Shown in pieces: positions 14,071 through 28,392 of a stretch of DNA of 64,000 bases (its first letter is position 1; the number at the start of each line of letters is the position of its first letter). Both the position numbers and the translations under genes were made by a program. This stretch comes from Amoebidium appalachense (Eukaryota; Protista; Ichthyosporea). The stretch is from NCBI GenBank assembly GCA_963693365.1, contig CAVNZM010000012.1:6832889-6896888 (forward strand), given 5' to 3'. A model generated the notes under the pieces. It was not told where the DNA came from and did not search any database. It was given only the letters and a program-made list of their open reading frames with translations.

Positions 14071-14865
14071 GCCCCCCCCCCTCTCTCTCTCCTGCCCCCC
14101 TCTCTCTCTCTCTTTCTCTCTCTCCCCTCTCCCTCTCTCTCTCCCTCTCTCTACCTCTCCCCCCCCCCCCCCCCCCCCATCTTTTTCTCCCCGAGGCTGG
14201 TCACTCTGTTTTTTGTTGGTAAGTTCTGGTTCCGCCACACAACACGGTAGTTGATTGGCTCCGTGATGCAACAGTTTCATTGGTTAGACACGCACCTTTT
14301 GGTATGCACCCGCAATCACGATATGTCGTCATTTTATTCCTACAAGTCGGGGAACGGTGGTCACGTGTTGAAATCAAACGACACAAGGCTACGAACTTGA
14401 ACGAGTTTGGATAACCTCTATGTTATTATAGAGTTAGAGCTATAGAGCTATATCCATACTCCTTATTTTTATGCCTCCAAGAACAGGCCATTGATGTCCA
14501 TCATAACGATTTCATGTTCACCAGTTGTGATTGCTCTTCTTTCGCTGACTCGAGTACTCCATACTCGAACGCCTGTTTATGTACGGACACGTATTGAGAG
14601 AAAGCACTTACAAGTACAGCTTAAGAGCTTAACAATGTACCAAACGGGATGAACTTTGCTGGGAAGCCCGTGAAACCCTATTTCCGCGCTTCGCATCCTC
14701 AATGATCACATCACATTCTGTATAAACAAGCTACACTCGTAAGTACTTCAGAGCCATTCACCCTTCCCCTTTCTTCTTTCTTTTCCCTCCAAATTTTGCA
14801 TGGCGTAAAACTTCATCTTCCCCATTGGCCTTTCCTCCCGTGTATTTTGAAGCACACTGAAAAAA

Positions 14866-16242
14866 ATGCGTTCACCGGATTTCTCCTCCCCTCGAGCGAA
14901 ATGGCTTCCACGTGTGCTTGTCATCATGATAACAACAGCACTTGCCCTACATCCATCAGGCTTGCCAATCCTTCTCCTTTGGTTTATTGCGCGTGCAATC
15001 CACTACCAATTCTTCGTTCTGCCCAAATCATTACCCCCCACGCCATTGAGAGCTACACACAAACATCTCGCTGCACGAGACGGTACTATTATTCACTACT
15101 ACTATGTTGGCGAAGATAATACAGGCGGGAGCAAAACTATCATCCTTGCGAACGGAGTGGGATGCATCATGGCATATTGGCGCCCCATCATCGATCATTT
15201 CGTAGCCGAAGGGTACAGATTTGTAGGGTGGGATCAGAGAGGCCAATTTGGTAGTGGTAAGACGGCACCAGAGTTGATCAGCATCGAAACGTTTGCAAGT
15301 GACTGCGAAGAGATCATGAACGATATGGGTATGGAGCAGTGTGCCGTGTTGCTTGGTTGGTCGACGGGCGTCCAGGTAAGAGCTTTGGTCCTTGAAAGCC
15401 CTATAGTCCATATTCCACGGGTGTTTAACTTTAGCTGGCTGGTTGGGGAAAGGGATAGAAGGGGGAGAAGGGCGGGGCAAAAGGGCGGGGGGGGGGGATG
15501 AGAGAGGGGGAACCTTGCAATAGCCGTTCAAGAAAACCTACGTATACCAATACAACACACAGAAAGCATGGCTCAAGTTTCCCGGTGGTTCTTTCGTTCC
15601 TATCTCCTTCCTGGACAACCATGTGCAGTTCACCCCCTCCCCTCTCTTCCCTCTCCCTCCCCGTCTCTCTGCCCTCCCTCCAATTCTCGCTTCCCTCTTG
15701 CCTCTCCGACCTGCTCTATCCGCCTCCCTCTCTCCCTCTCCCTCCCTCATCCCCCCCCCCCCCCCCCCTCCCCGCGGTACTCCTTCCTCCCTCTCGTTCT
15801 TTTTTTGTTGGGGGGATGTGGGGGGAAGGGTTGGCGGGGTGAGGGGAAGGGGGGGGAGGTAGGGGGGGGGAGTCGGCATTTACTCATAGTTTTTATAGTG
15901 AATGGGAAGCACTTAGCATGCACATGCCAACCATCCCCTCACACTCCCACTCACTTATCAAACCCCACCCATGTTCACGCCTCTTATTATGCGCGCGCAC
16001 ACAAAGCGCATACATCCACACACACAGACCCGCACACACTCAAGCATGCGCACCGAGACACACACTCACACTCACACTTACACGCACATGCAAAGCGCGC
16101 ACACAAACAGACATTCACACACACGCACACACACACACATACGGTACACAACACACAAGCATGTGCAACAACATGCACCCCCCCTCCCCCCAGCCCCTCC
16201 GCCACCCCCCCCCCCCTCCCCCAACGCACGCACACCCCCCTC

Positions 16243-16273
<31 letters not shown>

Positions 16274-17690
16274 ACACGTACACACACACACACAGGTGGG
16301 CCTAGAGTTTGCCTCCCGCCATCCCCACCGAGTCTCCAATCTCGTTCTTGTCAACGGCAACCACAGCAACACCTTCAACACCTTATTCCAGCCATTCATT
16401 CGTATTCCCTATGTCTCTACGCTGATGCAAAACATTTGCAAAGAAATGCCCAAGTTCGCAGGCAGGAAACGAGTTCAGTTTCTCGATGGGTTCTTGAGGT
16501 GGGTGCCCTGATAAATTCGCTTTAGTAATTGTGTATTGTAGTACTTAGGATTCGCGGCCCCCCTCCCCCCCTCCCCCCTCCCCCCCCCCCCCCCCCCCGA
16601 GCACCCCTTCACCTCTCTCTCTCTCTCTCTCTCTCTCTCCCCCCTCGTCCTCTCCCCTCCCCTCCCCCTCCATCCCCCCGGCCCTCCTCCCTCTTCTTTT
16701 TTCTTCCTTTCCACTCTTCATCTTTGCACCAGTTATCCCTCTTTGCAACACGTCTTCAAAACAGCTTGCACCACTCTTCGCTCACCTACTCCGTCGCTGT
16801 GCACATATGCATGCCCACCGTTCAACAATTCTCACTTTTTTCCACCAACACCATTAGGATTTCTTTTTTTTTCTTGTCTGCAGCTCTCACCTCGCCTCCC
16901 ACCCTCTCATACTGCACGAGCCGGAAAAAACGCGTAAAACGGGGGGGAAAGGTCGCAAGTCTTCTTGAAAACCGGACCCCTTTGTTATGCGCATTCATCA
17001 CAGGGAAAGCGGAGTGAGAAAAGGAGCGTGAATTTCTAGTGCAGCCAGTTGATTGCCCTGAGATATAGTAGTAGCACCTGCAACTGGATAGGCCAACATT
17101 CTCTCTTCTTTCTGTCTAGGGGAATAGTCGAGAATATGTTTAGGGAAATAGTCGCAAACATGCCGAGGGAAATAATCGAAAATATGCTTAGGAAAATAAT
17201 TGAAAATATGCTTAGGGAAATAATCGAAAATATGCTTAGGAAAATAATTGAAAATATGCTTAGGGAAATAATGGAAAATATGCTTAGGGAAATGATCGAA
17301 ATTATGTTTAGGGAAATAAGCGAAAATGTGCTTTGGGAAATTATCGAAAATATGCTTAGGGAAATGATCGAAATTATGTTTAGGGAAATAAGCGAAAATG
17401 TGCTTTGGGAACTTATCGAAAATATGCTTAGGGAAGTAATCGAAATTATGCTTAGGGAAATAATCGAAAATATGCTGCACCAAAAGGCACACACCTTTTC
17501 TCATTGTGCATTCCTGATGATGGATATGCCTAGCGAAGAGGGCACCTCTTAAAGAGGACACCCCCCCTTTTCTCTCCTTTTCCGGCTCACTTCAATACAC
17601 GTTGCAGCACCGTGCGCCATACCCACACCAAAGATCCCAAAGCCTAGGCATGCCAGGCCCACCCCACCCACACTAATCCCCAACTAACAG

Positions 17691-17761
<71 letters not shown>

Positions 17762-17875
17762 CGCACACACATGCACGCACACACGCACATACACACACGC
17801 CCACACACACACACTCTCTCTCTCATACACCCACACACACACACACACTCTCTCTCTCTCTCTCTCTCTCTCTCG

Positions 17876-17928
<53 letters not shown>

Positions 17929-18227
17929 CCACAGTCTCTACCGGCCCTACCTCCACATCTTGTTCAGCCGTGTGTGGGCCATCCTGTATCTGTCCCCCCC
18001 ATTGAGATAGGCGCACTGACCTATGTGGGTGCTCTGCTGGGCACATCACGTGACCACTTTGTAACATACTGGAAGGTGGTGCAGGTGCGTTCCGGTGTTT
18101 TGTGTTGTTTCCCCCCCTCCCCCCTCCCCCCTCCCCCCCCCCCCCCAACCAAAGGGTGGGGGGAGGGGGCTTGTTTTTCCTTGTGTTTTCTTTAAATAGT
18201 CAGGATGTTTCTCCTTTGCCGCCCTCC

Positions 18228-18258
<31 letters not shown>

Positions 18259-18266
18259 ACACAGAC

Positions 18267-18299
<33 letters not shown>

Positions 18300-18627
18300 C
18301 ACAACACACACACAGAGAGAGACAGCTTCACACCCACATACTCACATACTCGCACACACACGCCACACACACCGACCCCACCCAACCTCCCTCCCCCCGC
18401 CCTTCCCCCCTCCCTCTCGCTTCCCCTTGCGCTTTCCATCCAGACACACACATGTGCATACAGAAAAACCTTGAGGGGAAGTTGGAAGAGGCATATTTGT
18501 GGATGCGCACAACGCATGAGAGCTGGAAATCACCCATGCGAACATAAATCGAGTGGAACACGGATTTGAGACTACAGGGGATCAGAAACGGAGTGGGAAG
18601 GTGGGAAGAGGGGGATTTGTGTGTGTG

Positions 18628-18673
<46 letters not shown>

Positions 18674-19370
18674 ATGGCCACTTCTGGCAAGACGGCTAGT
18701 TACGCTTGATATTCCAATGCCCTCCTCAAGCCAACCCTGATAGATAAACCCTACTATATCCCACCTCCCTCCCTCTCCCCTCCCCCCTCCCCCCCCCTCC
18801 CCCTTCCCCCCTGCCCCGTCCCCCCCACAGCCCACCCCGTCACACACGCGTGCAAGAACACACACACACGCACACACACACGCACACACACACACACACA
18901 CACATGCTTCTTCCTTTATTCTACCAATCCCCAGCCCCGCCTTCCCCCCCCCCCCTCCCCCCCCCCCAAAAAAAAAAAAACGGCACCTCCCCCCACCCCC
19001 ACCCACCCACCCACCACCTCCTCCTCCCTCTATCCTCGTATAGGGCTCTGTCACACTACCGTGTAACACCACTTTTCACACACAGGCTTTGAAGGACCAC
19101 CGCGCATACGAATCCCTTCCAAACATCCACACCCCCACCACCCTCATATCGGGGGGTCTTGATTTCTTAACCCCTTGCTGGCAAATGTACGAGATGGAAT
19201 CTCTCATGCCCAACGCGCGACACATTAACCTATTGTTCAACACGCACGCGATTATTCTGGAGGCTCCCGATGTGATTAGGGATGCAATTGAAAATTGTCT
19301 TAGAGGTGTGGATGGTGGCAAGAGCGAGAGTGATAATCAGGAATTGGTCGGCGACGCAGCAGCTGCGTGA
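14866..19370 (+). CDS. Alpha/beta-fold hydrolase with N-terminal hydrophobic anchor; exons 14866-15375, 16296-16498, 17935-18084, 19086-19370
   Basis: IILANGVG oxyanion region, WDQRGQFGS, nucleophile elbow GWSTG, acid in GGLDFLTP, His in NTHA. GT-AG junctions are phase-consistent. One extra C is needed in the C-run at ~17994-18000 (probable sequencing error). Confidence 0.85.
17118..17477. repeat. 24-bp minisatellite, 15 units (consensus AGGGAAATAATCGAAAATATGCTT), in hydrolase intron 2
   Basis: Directly visible. Contains a higher-order 72-bp (3-unit) duplication. Confidence 0.95.
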
Positions 19371-19772
19371 GATCGCACAATCGGTATCGCAGGATCGGTT
19401 ATAACCGACATTTTAGGTATGTGAGTTATTCTTGAGGTAGTTGTGCAGATAAGATGTGCTTTTCATATGATAAGCACGACCAATGATTACTTAAGAGTTT
19501 AGGAATTTAGATTTTCTTGAGATAGTGACTTCGGATGTGTGTTTCATCTGAAAAATGCACGATCGGTAATTCCTCGGGGCATATGTATTTAGGTATTTAT
19601 GATATAGCGGAGATAAGCTGTGCTTTCCTATTTGCCTAGTAGTGGCAGGACACACAGAAAAACACAATTACAGAATGCATGCAAGCAAACCCGGTTATTG
19701 CCATACGACTGGAGGCTAAGGACTGGCAGTCACTTGGAAAGCTCCCCGACGACCAAGTAGCCGCCCCTCCAC

Positions 19773-21436
19773 TCATGCAGCGCAGAAGTAGCTGAAGAAG
19801 TTGCAGCAGCCCACTGCCAATAGGTCACGTAGAAGCGTAGACAGTGTGTAGAAGTTACCATAGGTTGCAGTGGACCACCAGGCGTTGAAGAAATCACTTC
19901 TCAAGCGAGAAACTCCGCGAAAGGGAGATGCCCCCACACTCTCACAGCAGTAGGAATATACCAGGCCACACCACACACACGCTGCAGTCACGCGTTCCCC
20001 TGAGCGGGACTCCCTCCCACCACAAAAAGAAGAAACGAAAGCCTTTATATACCTGCCATGGTGAGGAATCGGGAAAAAAAAGTTGACGTGACAGCTGAGA
20101 GATCGAAGTGAAAGGGAAGTCCATCCCGAGTGTTTGCTGAAATTTCCAGGTTTCAGTTTTTAGTTTTGGAGGTCTTCGATTGCAACTCAACGAATATGAT
20201 CACATATAATCTAAGTTGCACAATAAAATTTAAATTGGTTGGTGAATTGTGAAGAACTGTATGCGCAGATTATATATATATCAAACGGGCGCCGATAATC
20301 ATGGATGATATAACCACAATGTGGCACTGCGGTAAGCTCAATAAACTGGTTGGTGTGTTTGTGTGTGTAATGTATACTATCTGTGATGTGATGCAGGCTA
20401 GCACTGCCTCCCCCCCCCCCCCCCCCCCCCCTCCCCCCTCCCCCTCCTCCTCATCCTCTCCCCCCTTCGCACAGGAGGGGGACGGGAATTGGCACAAGAC
20501 GTTTGACAAAAAACGGTATTTTGGGGGGGAAACAGGCGAGGGGGGGGGGGGGGGGGGGGAAGCCTACGGAGACAGGAAGGGTGGTGGTGGGGGGGGGGGG
20601 GGGGGGGGGGGGGGATATAGATCTAGAGAGAGAGAAGAAGGGAGGGGAGAGGGGGGGGGGGAGAGGGTGGGGGGGGGGAGAGAGAGCGAGAGAGAGAGAG
20701 AATTCCTCCTCCCCCACCCTCCCCCCACCCCCCCACATTCACCCGTTTCCGTTCCTCACCCCCCCCTCCCCCCCCCCCCCCCCCCCGGGGCCCCCCCGGG
20801 GCTGGAAGGCCAACACCAACCACTCACCCACCACCCATCCGAAGCCATCCCCATATGGCCGGCCACTCAGAGCCCCCCCCCCATCCCCTTCATCCCCTCC
20901 TCTCCACCCCCGGCGCCGCGCCCGTCCTACGAAGGGTGAAAAAAAAGAAACCAAGAAGTCTCCGAGGTGCAATTGCAATAGACACCCATGCTGATGCATA
21001 GCAATCAGTTTCCCGATCCTCATACATGATTTACATAGTATTAACACATTCATAACACATTCTCCATTCCTCTTCCAACAATCCGCCTTATACTGTCCAT
21101 TCTCGTCTTTTGATTGGTGGCGATTGTTTGGCCAATCTTTGCCCAGCGCTTGCGGTTGATAGGGGAACGATCAGTTAGGTACTGCAGCACCAATTTTTTT
21201 TTTCTTTCCTTTTGAAAATGGGGGGGGGGGGGGGGGGGGGGGGGGGGGAGGGAGGGAGGGAGGGGGGGAGGGGGGGGAGTAATTAAGTTGAATGGCCCAC
21301 GTGCACTGTGGAGGGATTACCTAGGGATTGGGTTGTTCAGCCTTACAGGTTTCGTTCAGCCACAGGTTGACCCTTTGCCCACTTGCCGAACCGGACGTTG
21401 TGCCTTACTGCGGGGGAGAGGAGGAGGGGGGGGGAA

Positions 21437-21471
<35 letters not shown>

Positions 21472-21512
21472 AGGAGGAAGAAGGCCCGGGAAGAGGGGCC
21501 GGGGAGGGAGGT

Positions 21513-21543
<31 letters not shown>

Positions 21544-21872
21544 ATTAACGAGGCCGAGATGTCAAGGAGCCCTCCCCCTCCCCCTCCCTCCCCCCCCCCC
21601 CCCCCCCAAAAAAAAAAAAAAAAAAAAAAAAAGACACAGCTCACACATCGTACACGTGCTTCGCGCGTGCCTGCGCACACACAGAGAGAGAGCCACATAC
21701 ACCTACACCCACACCCACACTCACATACAGAAACATAGTGTTTACATACACCGTGTAACTAGAAACACTGTAGATTAAATAAGAACTGAGCAGATCCCCC
21801 CTCCCTCCCCCCCCCCCCCCCCCCCCCGCTCCCCCTACCCCTCCCCCCCCCCCCCCCCCCCCGACATACCCC

Positions 21873-21910
<38 letters not shown>

Positions 21911-22179
21911 CACACACACATACACATAGGCTTTCACGCTTTCAGCTTCTTCTTTTTTTTTTTTTTTTTCAAAGTTTTTTTTTTTTTTTCCGAATTTCCC
22001 TTTTTTTTTTTTTTCACCATCTCAAAAAGGAACTAGTATAAGTATTCTTTGTTTATTCATTCATTTGATCAATTTATTATTTGTTTACTACTATATTTAT
22101 GTCATTTAGCGGTTTGCGGATTCCCCGCCCGATGGAGAGGCCCAGTGTGGCCTCCTGGGCGGGGCGGGCGGGGCGGGGG

Positions 22180-22220
<41 letters not shown>

Positions 22221-22563
22221 AACATAATCGAGACGGGCTCTGGGAGCCTATTTTTAGATACTAATTAAAATTTAACATAACGACCTCGACCCTTGTCGGG
22301 GCGATATGTTATGCGTGGACGCATACTGTATAATGTGCCGTTGTGGTCAGACTTTTTTTGCACCTTCCTTTTTTTCCCAACTGCAACACCATGGCTTTAT
22401 TCTTGGTGTAGCTAAAGCGGATCATGATCAAGCTCGTATTGAAGCAACTTACTACCTTTTTGAAGTTGGGTGCTACTGATACATAGCGCGCTACGGTTTA
22501 AATTCCGTTTCTGAACAGGCTAGTTGTTCGCTAGCCCTAAAACCTCCCTGACAACCCCCCCCC

Positions 22564-22594
<31 letters not shown>

Positions 22595-22842
22595 ACAGTG
22601 CGAAACGGCACCCTCTTTCTCATCCTCATTTCCTACCCTGCTAATGTGCCAAGTTAGTCTTTCCTCTCAGACAATCTGTACCGATATCATATTGTGTGTG
22701 CGTGCACATGTGCAGGTACGTGTTATTAGTTTTCAGAGAACGATGGAAAGGCGCTGGTTGAGGGGTGGGAGGGATGGATGGAGAGGGAGGGAGCGAATGA
22801 GAGGGGTCAGAATTAATATTGATGCTGCAAACACATGCATTT

Positions 22843-22878
<36 letters not shown>

Positions 22879-24090
22879 ACCCCTTCTTCCCTCGGACTCT
22901 CTCCCCCCACCCGGGTCCAGGACACACGAACACACGCACACACACACACAGGTGCACGTACAGTCAATAACACCTCACAGCCTGGTTCAGCACAGTAGAC
23001 CACCATTTGAGAGAGGGGGGGGGGGGGGGGGGTGAGAAGGGGGGGGGAGGGAGGAGGGGGAAGGAGGCCAAAATATTTCAAAATACAAGATAACAGATCG
23101 GCCGCTTTGACAAATTGAGTTTGAAATTCAATCTGAAGATCACCCGGGGAAGAAGCTTCAGTTTTATGAGGATCATCCGGGGTGGTGGAGGAGTTTTGCC
23201 CGCCGGAGGAGGAGAAGGAGGAGGAGGAGGAAAGAGGGGGGGTGGGGGGGGGGGGTGGGGGGGGGTAAGTTCATCGATCTGTGTAGAAAATAAAGTAAAA
23301 CCTCTGAATGGCCCCGGACACTGCCGACGGTATACCTTCGAATCCCCATTCCCCCCCCCCCCCCCCCTTCCCCCCCCCCCCCCCCCCCCTCCCCTCCCTT
23401 CCTTCCCCCCCCCCCCCCCCCCGGCCCGGTGGTAGAACCTGGTTTCCGGAGGCTTTGGTCGTTATGTCGAGGTAAAAAAAGTAGCTGCTGCTGTTTGTGG
23501 TGGCAGCAGTGGTGGTCGGGGGAGAAGGGGGGGGGGGGGGGGGGGAGGAAGGGGGGAGGCTGTGCCAATGGGATGGGCGGGAGGGACATGGGGGGAGGGG
23601 GGGAGAAGGGAGGAGCTAAGGGCCCAGTGGGGGGGGGGGGGGGGGGGGGGGGGTTCTACATATATATCAATAGGGTTATATGCCCAGGAGTTTGCCCCGG
23701 GCAACCATACAGACCTTTTCTTCCTCCACCCCCTGGGCCAACGCTCCACCCTCCCCCCCCCCCCCCCCCCCCTCCCCTCCCCCTCCCGTCCCTCCCCTCG
23801 CCCTTGAAGCTTTGAACCCACCTCCTCCGGCGCCCCACCCCCTTCCAAGTCCACCTTCGTTTGTCCCTGCCGAAGAATTCTTGTACAACATGTACAATCA
23901 AGTTAGTACATATTTCTACTATTCCACCCCCTTAAATACCCTCTTTCAGCTTTCTAATTTCTTGCAGAATCTATATTTCTTCTATTCTTAACACTACAGC
24001 GACACCCATATACCGTGCCCCAGTAGTTTGAATTGAATTCAAAGACAATCTCGATTGCGATGTTTATCCATTTGAGTATCAGCCTAACAG
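19773..24090 (-). CDS. Putative multi-exon gene of unknown function (structure unresolved)
   Basis: Protein-like minus-strand segments: LILKWINIAIEIVFEFNSNYWAR|ILRQGQTKVDLE (TACTAAC branch point at ~23908-23902, acceptor ~23880), KKRSVWLPGANSWAYNPIDIYVEP, GDLQIEFQTQFVKAADLLSCILKYFG, and a last exon YIKAFVSSF...DFFNAWWSTATYGNFYTLSTLLRDLLAVGCCNFFSYFCAA*. The middle exons could not be joined without stops. Confidence 0.35.
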
Positions 24091-26837
24091 GGCATTTGTC
24101 ACACGGTAGCCAGTGGATGTGTGGAATGTTTCAACATTGACGTTAGCTTTACGGCAAACATGGTCCCAATGGTTAATCTCCTCCAAGGCCTATCCCCTCT
24201 CTGTGCTTTTTTTTGTTCAGGTGGGTTAGCGACCGACTTGTGATGGTCAGATCGGGTCGGGTCATGAACAAGAGCTGTGCCATCCAATGCGTACGCTCAA
24301 AGTGCATGCATTCATTGAGTGGGCAAGCCCGGTGGCGGTTGTAAACAAACAACCAAAAAAAAAAAACAACTGTTGCATAGTGGATGTGTCGATATTTTCC
24401 TGGCTAAATATTTATAGGAAGAAGAGCCGTTAGTATCCAGGGCTCATCGCACAGTTAGGCAGCTGGCCGCCCGGCCCGTGTGAGTAGATTTGCAAGGAAC
24501 AACCGGGTGGCGGGAGGCCGAGTCCTTGATCGGACGCATGTGCATTTATTGTTGTGATTTTTTTATGTACTAACTGCTACTAAAAGCATGGTGTTACTAT
24601 GCAGCAGTAGATATGTAATGGTGTTGGGATTATACTTGTACGAAGGTCAGACAACTGAAAACAATAACGAAGGTTACGTAAGGCGGGCCGGGGTGCGCGG
24701 TACTAACACTTTTGCGTCACGAAGCCGTAACGGCCGGACCAATTAGCGCAGGGGTGAGCGCGGTAAAACGGCACCACCAGATACGGTAGCCCACCCAGTC
24801 CAGACGGAGCACCAAGAGTACAACAGTACTCTGGCTGCACAGGATGAGAACAATTTTTTTGATGAAAAATTTTGCTTGACAGATGCTCTGTTTTACAAAA
24901 ACTCACGATTTTGAAAAAGTTTTTATTTGGAGTATTGCCAAGTTTAGACCAGATCGTTTCCCTCTGCCCCAAAAAGTCTGACGTGCCCTGTTGCTCATGA
25001 CGTCTGTGTCTGCACTCCTCTTTGAGAGAGCCTGGGGTGAATCTCTCACCACCTAATTTTTGGGGCGTTTTGAAATGTATGAAGCCATTCAGAAACTTGT
25101 CACTTTAACTCATTTCTTAGTAAATTGCTACCATCTTTTCATATCTCATTATAGTACCTATAATAAAAGCTTTATATGTATTCAGAAATTATTACAAGGC
25201 TTGCATAAATCTTTTAAAATGATCTTGTTTTGTACATATAGGCCACCGGTAGAGTGACGGGTATACCTGACGGACTTTTTTCTTTCTTTGACTTCTTGAT
25301 TCTTTTTACAGACATATCATAGGAGTCTGGGGTGATTGCTAGGGCGATGCGTAGTGCACCAACCCGATGAATCCAGTGACGTCACAGTTGAAACAAGGTC
25401 TCAACGCGCGTCCACTCTCACGAAAAACTGAAGAAGAGACGAGGTCAAAACACTCAGTAAATAACATTGAATGAACCATGCCATAATTTTTGAAAAGATA
25501 TTTTTTGTTCAGGGAGGTTAAAAAGGCTGTGAAATTATCTAGGCTAGACAGCACAAGGATAGGGATACAGTTTGATCTGGCCATCTCTGAAGAGAATGTT
25601 ACTGAGGAGAGCAAGATCTTGAACATTTCTCGAGATCGCAAAAATAATATTCGAGAACGTGCATAAGACTCACAAAGTATCCCATTTACAGTAAGCAAGA
25701 AGAGGGGTAGGAAATAACCACGTGCTAAGTTTTAGTTTAGGTGGTCGCCTACTTTTGTAGCAAAATGGCTGAGGTTTCTGTTAGGGATCCGGATCCACCA
25801 TTCCCTGTGGCCGGCAAGAGGCGGCTAACGCTTGCGATACCACCTCCACCTCCAGAAGGTATTTGCGCGAAACACCCCCCCCCCTCCCCCCCCCCCCCCC
25901 CCCCTTCCCCTCGCCCCCTGAGCCCCTCCCATCCTTCCCTGTTGCACCCTTACGACAACCACAGCCACCTGCTCAGCTGGCAGCCTTCCTTCCTCCAACT
26001 TTCGTTTTTCACACATCCCCTACCTTTCTGTTCCGACTCCGCCGCAACACCCACAGAGCAGCACGAATCTGGTCTATTTATGCACACCTCACAAACATAT
26101 GCAGAAGTTCCGTTGTAAAAACTAGCATCATTGCACCAAGGCCTTCATGCTTTTCAAACATCTCACTGGTTGTGCTCATACAAGCTCATAATAATGCACA
26201 TGTAGGCACCATACCCCGTGCACCCACACACACACCCGCTTTTTGTTGCACGTGCACTCACCGCCTGCTACATTTTCTAGCAATTTCTTTTCTTCACAAC
26301 GGTACGGCAATACGGCAGTGCAACACAAAGCGTGCCGCGAGAGCGCTCGTGCACGCACACACACCCAAGCACACATGCAACACACGGCCGCCTGCACACA
26401 CGGGCACCAGCGTGTGTGCACCACACACATCCGCATTTGCGCGCAGGCACACACATGCACACACTCACATACTATTCACACCACACACACACACAGGACA
26501 CACACACAGACTCATACATAAAAAATGCATGTGCTCGCACATATGCACGCCAGCCCGTGCACCTGCACATACTCAGGCACACATAGGCAACTGCATCTGA
26601 AAGTTTCACCCATATACCCGCGTGCACCCGCAAATGCAAGTATTCAGACACGTACACCCACGCACACACACACATACACAAATCGAACACACGCACCACA
26701 CACACACACACACAGAGAGAGAGAGACACAAAGTACAACACTGTAATGAACACTTTTGCCTGGGGGATTATACGAATGCAAAGGCACGCACATGCCGCAC
26801 ACACATGCACACTCGCTCGCGGACACACAACACACTC

Positions 26838-26923
<86 letters not shown>

Positions 26924-26989
26924 CACGCACACACACACACACACGCACACACAGAGAGAGAGAGACACACACACACACACACACACACA

Positions 26990-27032
<43 letters not shown>

Positions 27033-27606
27033 TCTCTCTCTCACCTACGCAAAGATTCTTACACATACAAAAGGACGTGCGTAAGTATACTGCCAGAAAC
27101 CCACACACGTGCATACATACACACATGTATTTAGGTACACACGCACATACACACGGACATCCGCTTGCATACACCCTAACACATTCAGTGCGGCGAGGAG
27201 ACGCACGTGCTTGCTCACACAACACCTGTGCAACCACATGCTCCATTAAAAGCTCGAAAAGCAGAGCTTCTTCCAAATTTTCCTTTTATCTGGAACCTCC
27301 CCCCCTCCCCCTCCCTCCCCTTCTTTATAGGTTAGGGAGTCGGGGGAGCTTTGTAGAAGCTCAGCTTATGCTCTACTTCTCTGCTTCTCTGTTTTCTTTG
27401 TTTTTGTCTGCTTGCAGGTTTGTAGACTCTGTTTTCTTTGATTGCTGCTCCTTGAACAACCCTGCTCGTCTTTGGCCAAGACGGGTGGACTCGCCTATTG
27501 CTGTTGACACAAAGTATGGGTTGGGAGCCACGCGCGAGAGGTTAAAGAGTCGAAACCCGTGCTTTTGTGGAGGCATAGGAACCCCCCTGATGATGGGCTC
27601 TGTTCA

Positions 27607-27722
27607 AGTGTCTTCTGCCTGCATGCTTAAATTGTTTGAATTCGGGTTTCCCACTTTTGTGACGCTTGGTTGTCGCTCTTTGTTGTCTCCTCCATATTTC
27701 CAACCCTCTAACACATACATCC
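27607..27722 (+). repeat. Dispersed ~115-bp repeat family B (other copies ~35840-35890 partial, 59030-59140, 59349-59432)
   Basis: Shared tgtcttctgcctgca...gtgacg...tttgttgtctcctccatatttccaaccctctaac(a/g)catacatc followed by a C-run. Confidence 0.7.
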
Positions 27723-28307
27723 CCCCCCCCCCCCTTCCTCTCTACCTATGGCCATTTGCGGGGTTATTTTGCATGCCCTTGTTTACGACTCTTTCGTATG
27801 TATCTTCAGATTATGTTCTATTTAACCCCTTCCCCCCTCCCCCCTCCCTCCCCCCCCCCCCCCCCCCTCCCCACACACACAAACTCCCCTCCCCCTCCCC
27901 CCCCCCCCCACAAAAAAAAAAAAAAAAAAAGAACCCCTCCCCCCACCCACCCATACCCAAACTGCTCGATCTCTCAATCCCTCCCTCTCCTCAGCCCCTC
28001 CCCCCCCCCCCTTCCCCCCCCCCCCCCCCCCCCCCTTCCCTCCCCTTTTCTACCGACACCAATACACTTCCACTGTAAATCCACCATTCACCAATCCACT
28101 TCACTCCACCCTATCCCGGGCTGAATCTGGCTTGGGATCTCTATCGAGGTTGGGCCCTGCCTTTTTGAACGCCCCTTGGGCTCTCGTGCTCACACATCGA
28201 GCCTCTATTCCACTGTCCAAACACACGCAGACACGCATGCCCCACACACATTCACACACGTGTGCATGCACGCACACACGTATGGACACACGCACGCACG
28301 CACGCAG

Positions 28308-28392
<85 letters not shown>

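Noticed and set aside
17118-17477. Array as a possible CRISPR
   Set aside because: The units are contiguous with no unique spacers, the context is eukaryotic and there are no cas genes.
21310-22760. In-frame stops in candidate exons as evidence of a variant genetic code
   Set aside because: The well-supported genes terminate normally with TAG, TGA and TAA and have no internal stops apart from homopolymer frameshifts; wrong exon guesses are the simpler explanation.
24300-25800. AT-rich region with a 119-aa minus-strand ORF (25339-25698) as a TE or viral remnant
   Set aside because: No recognisable motif and no ATG start; cannot be supported without a search.
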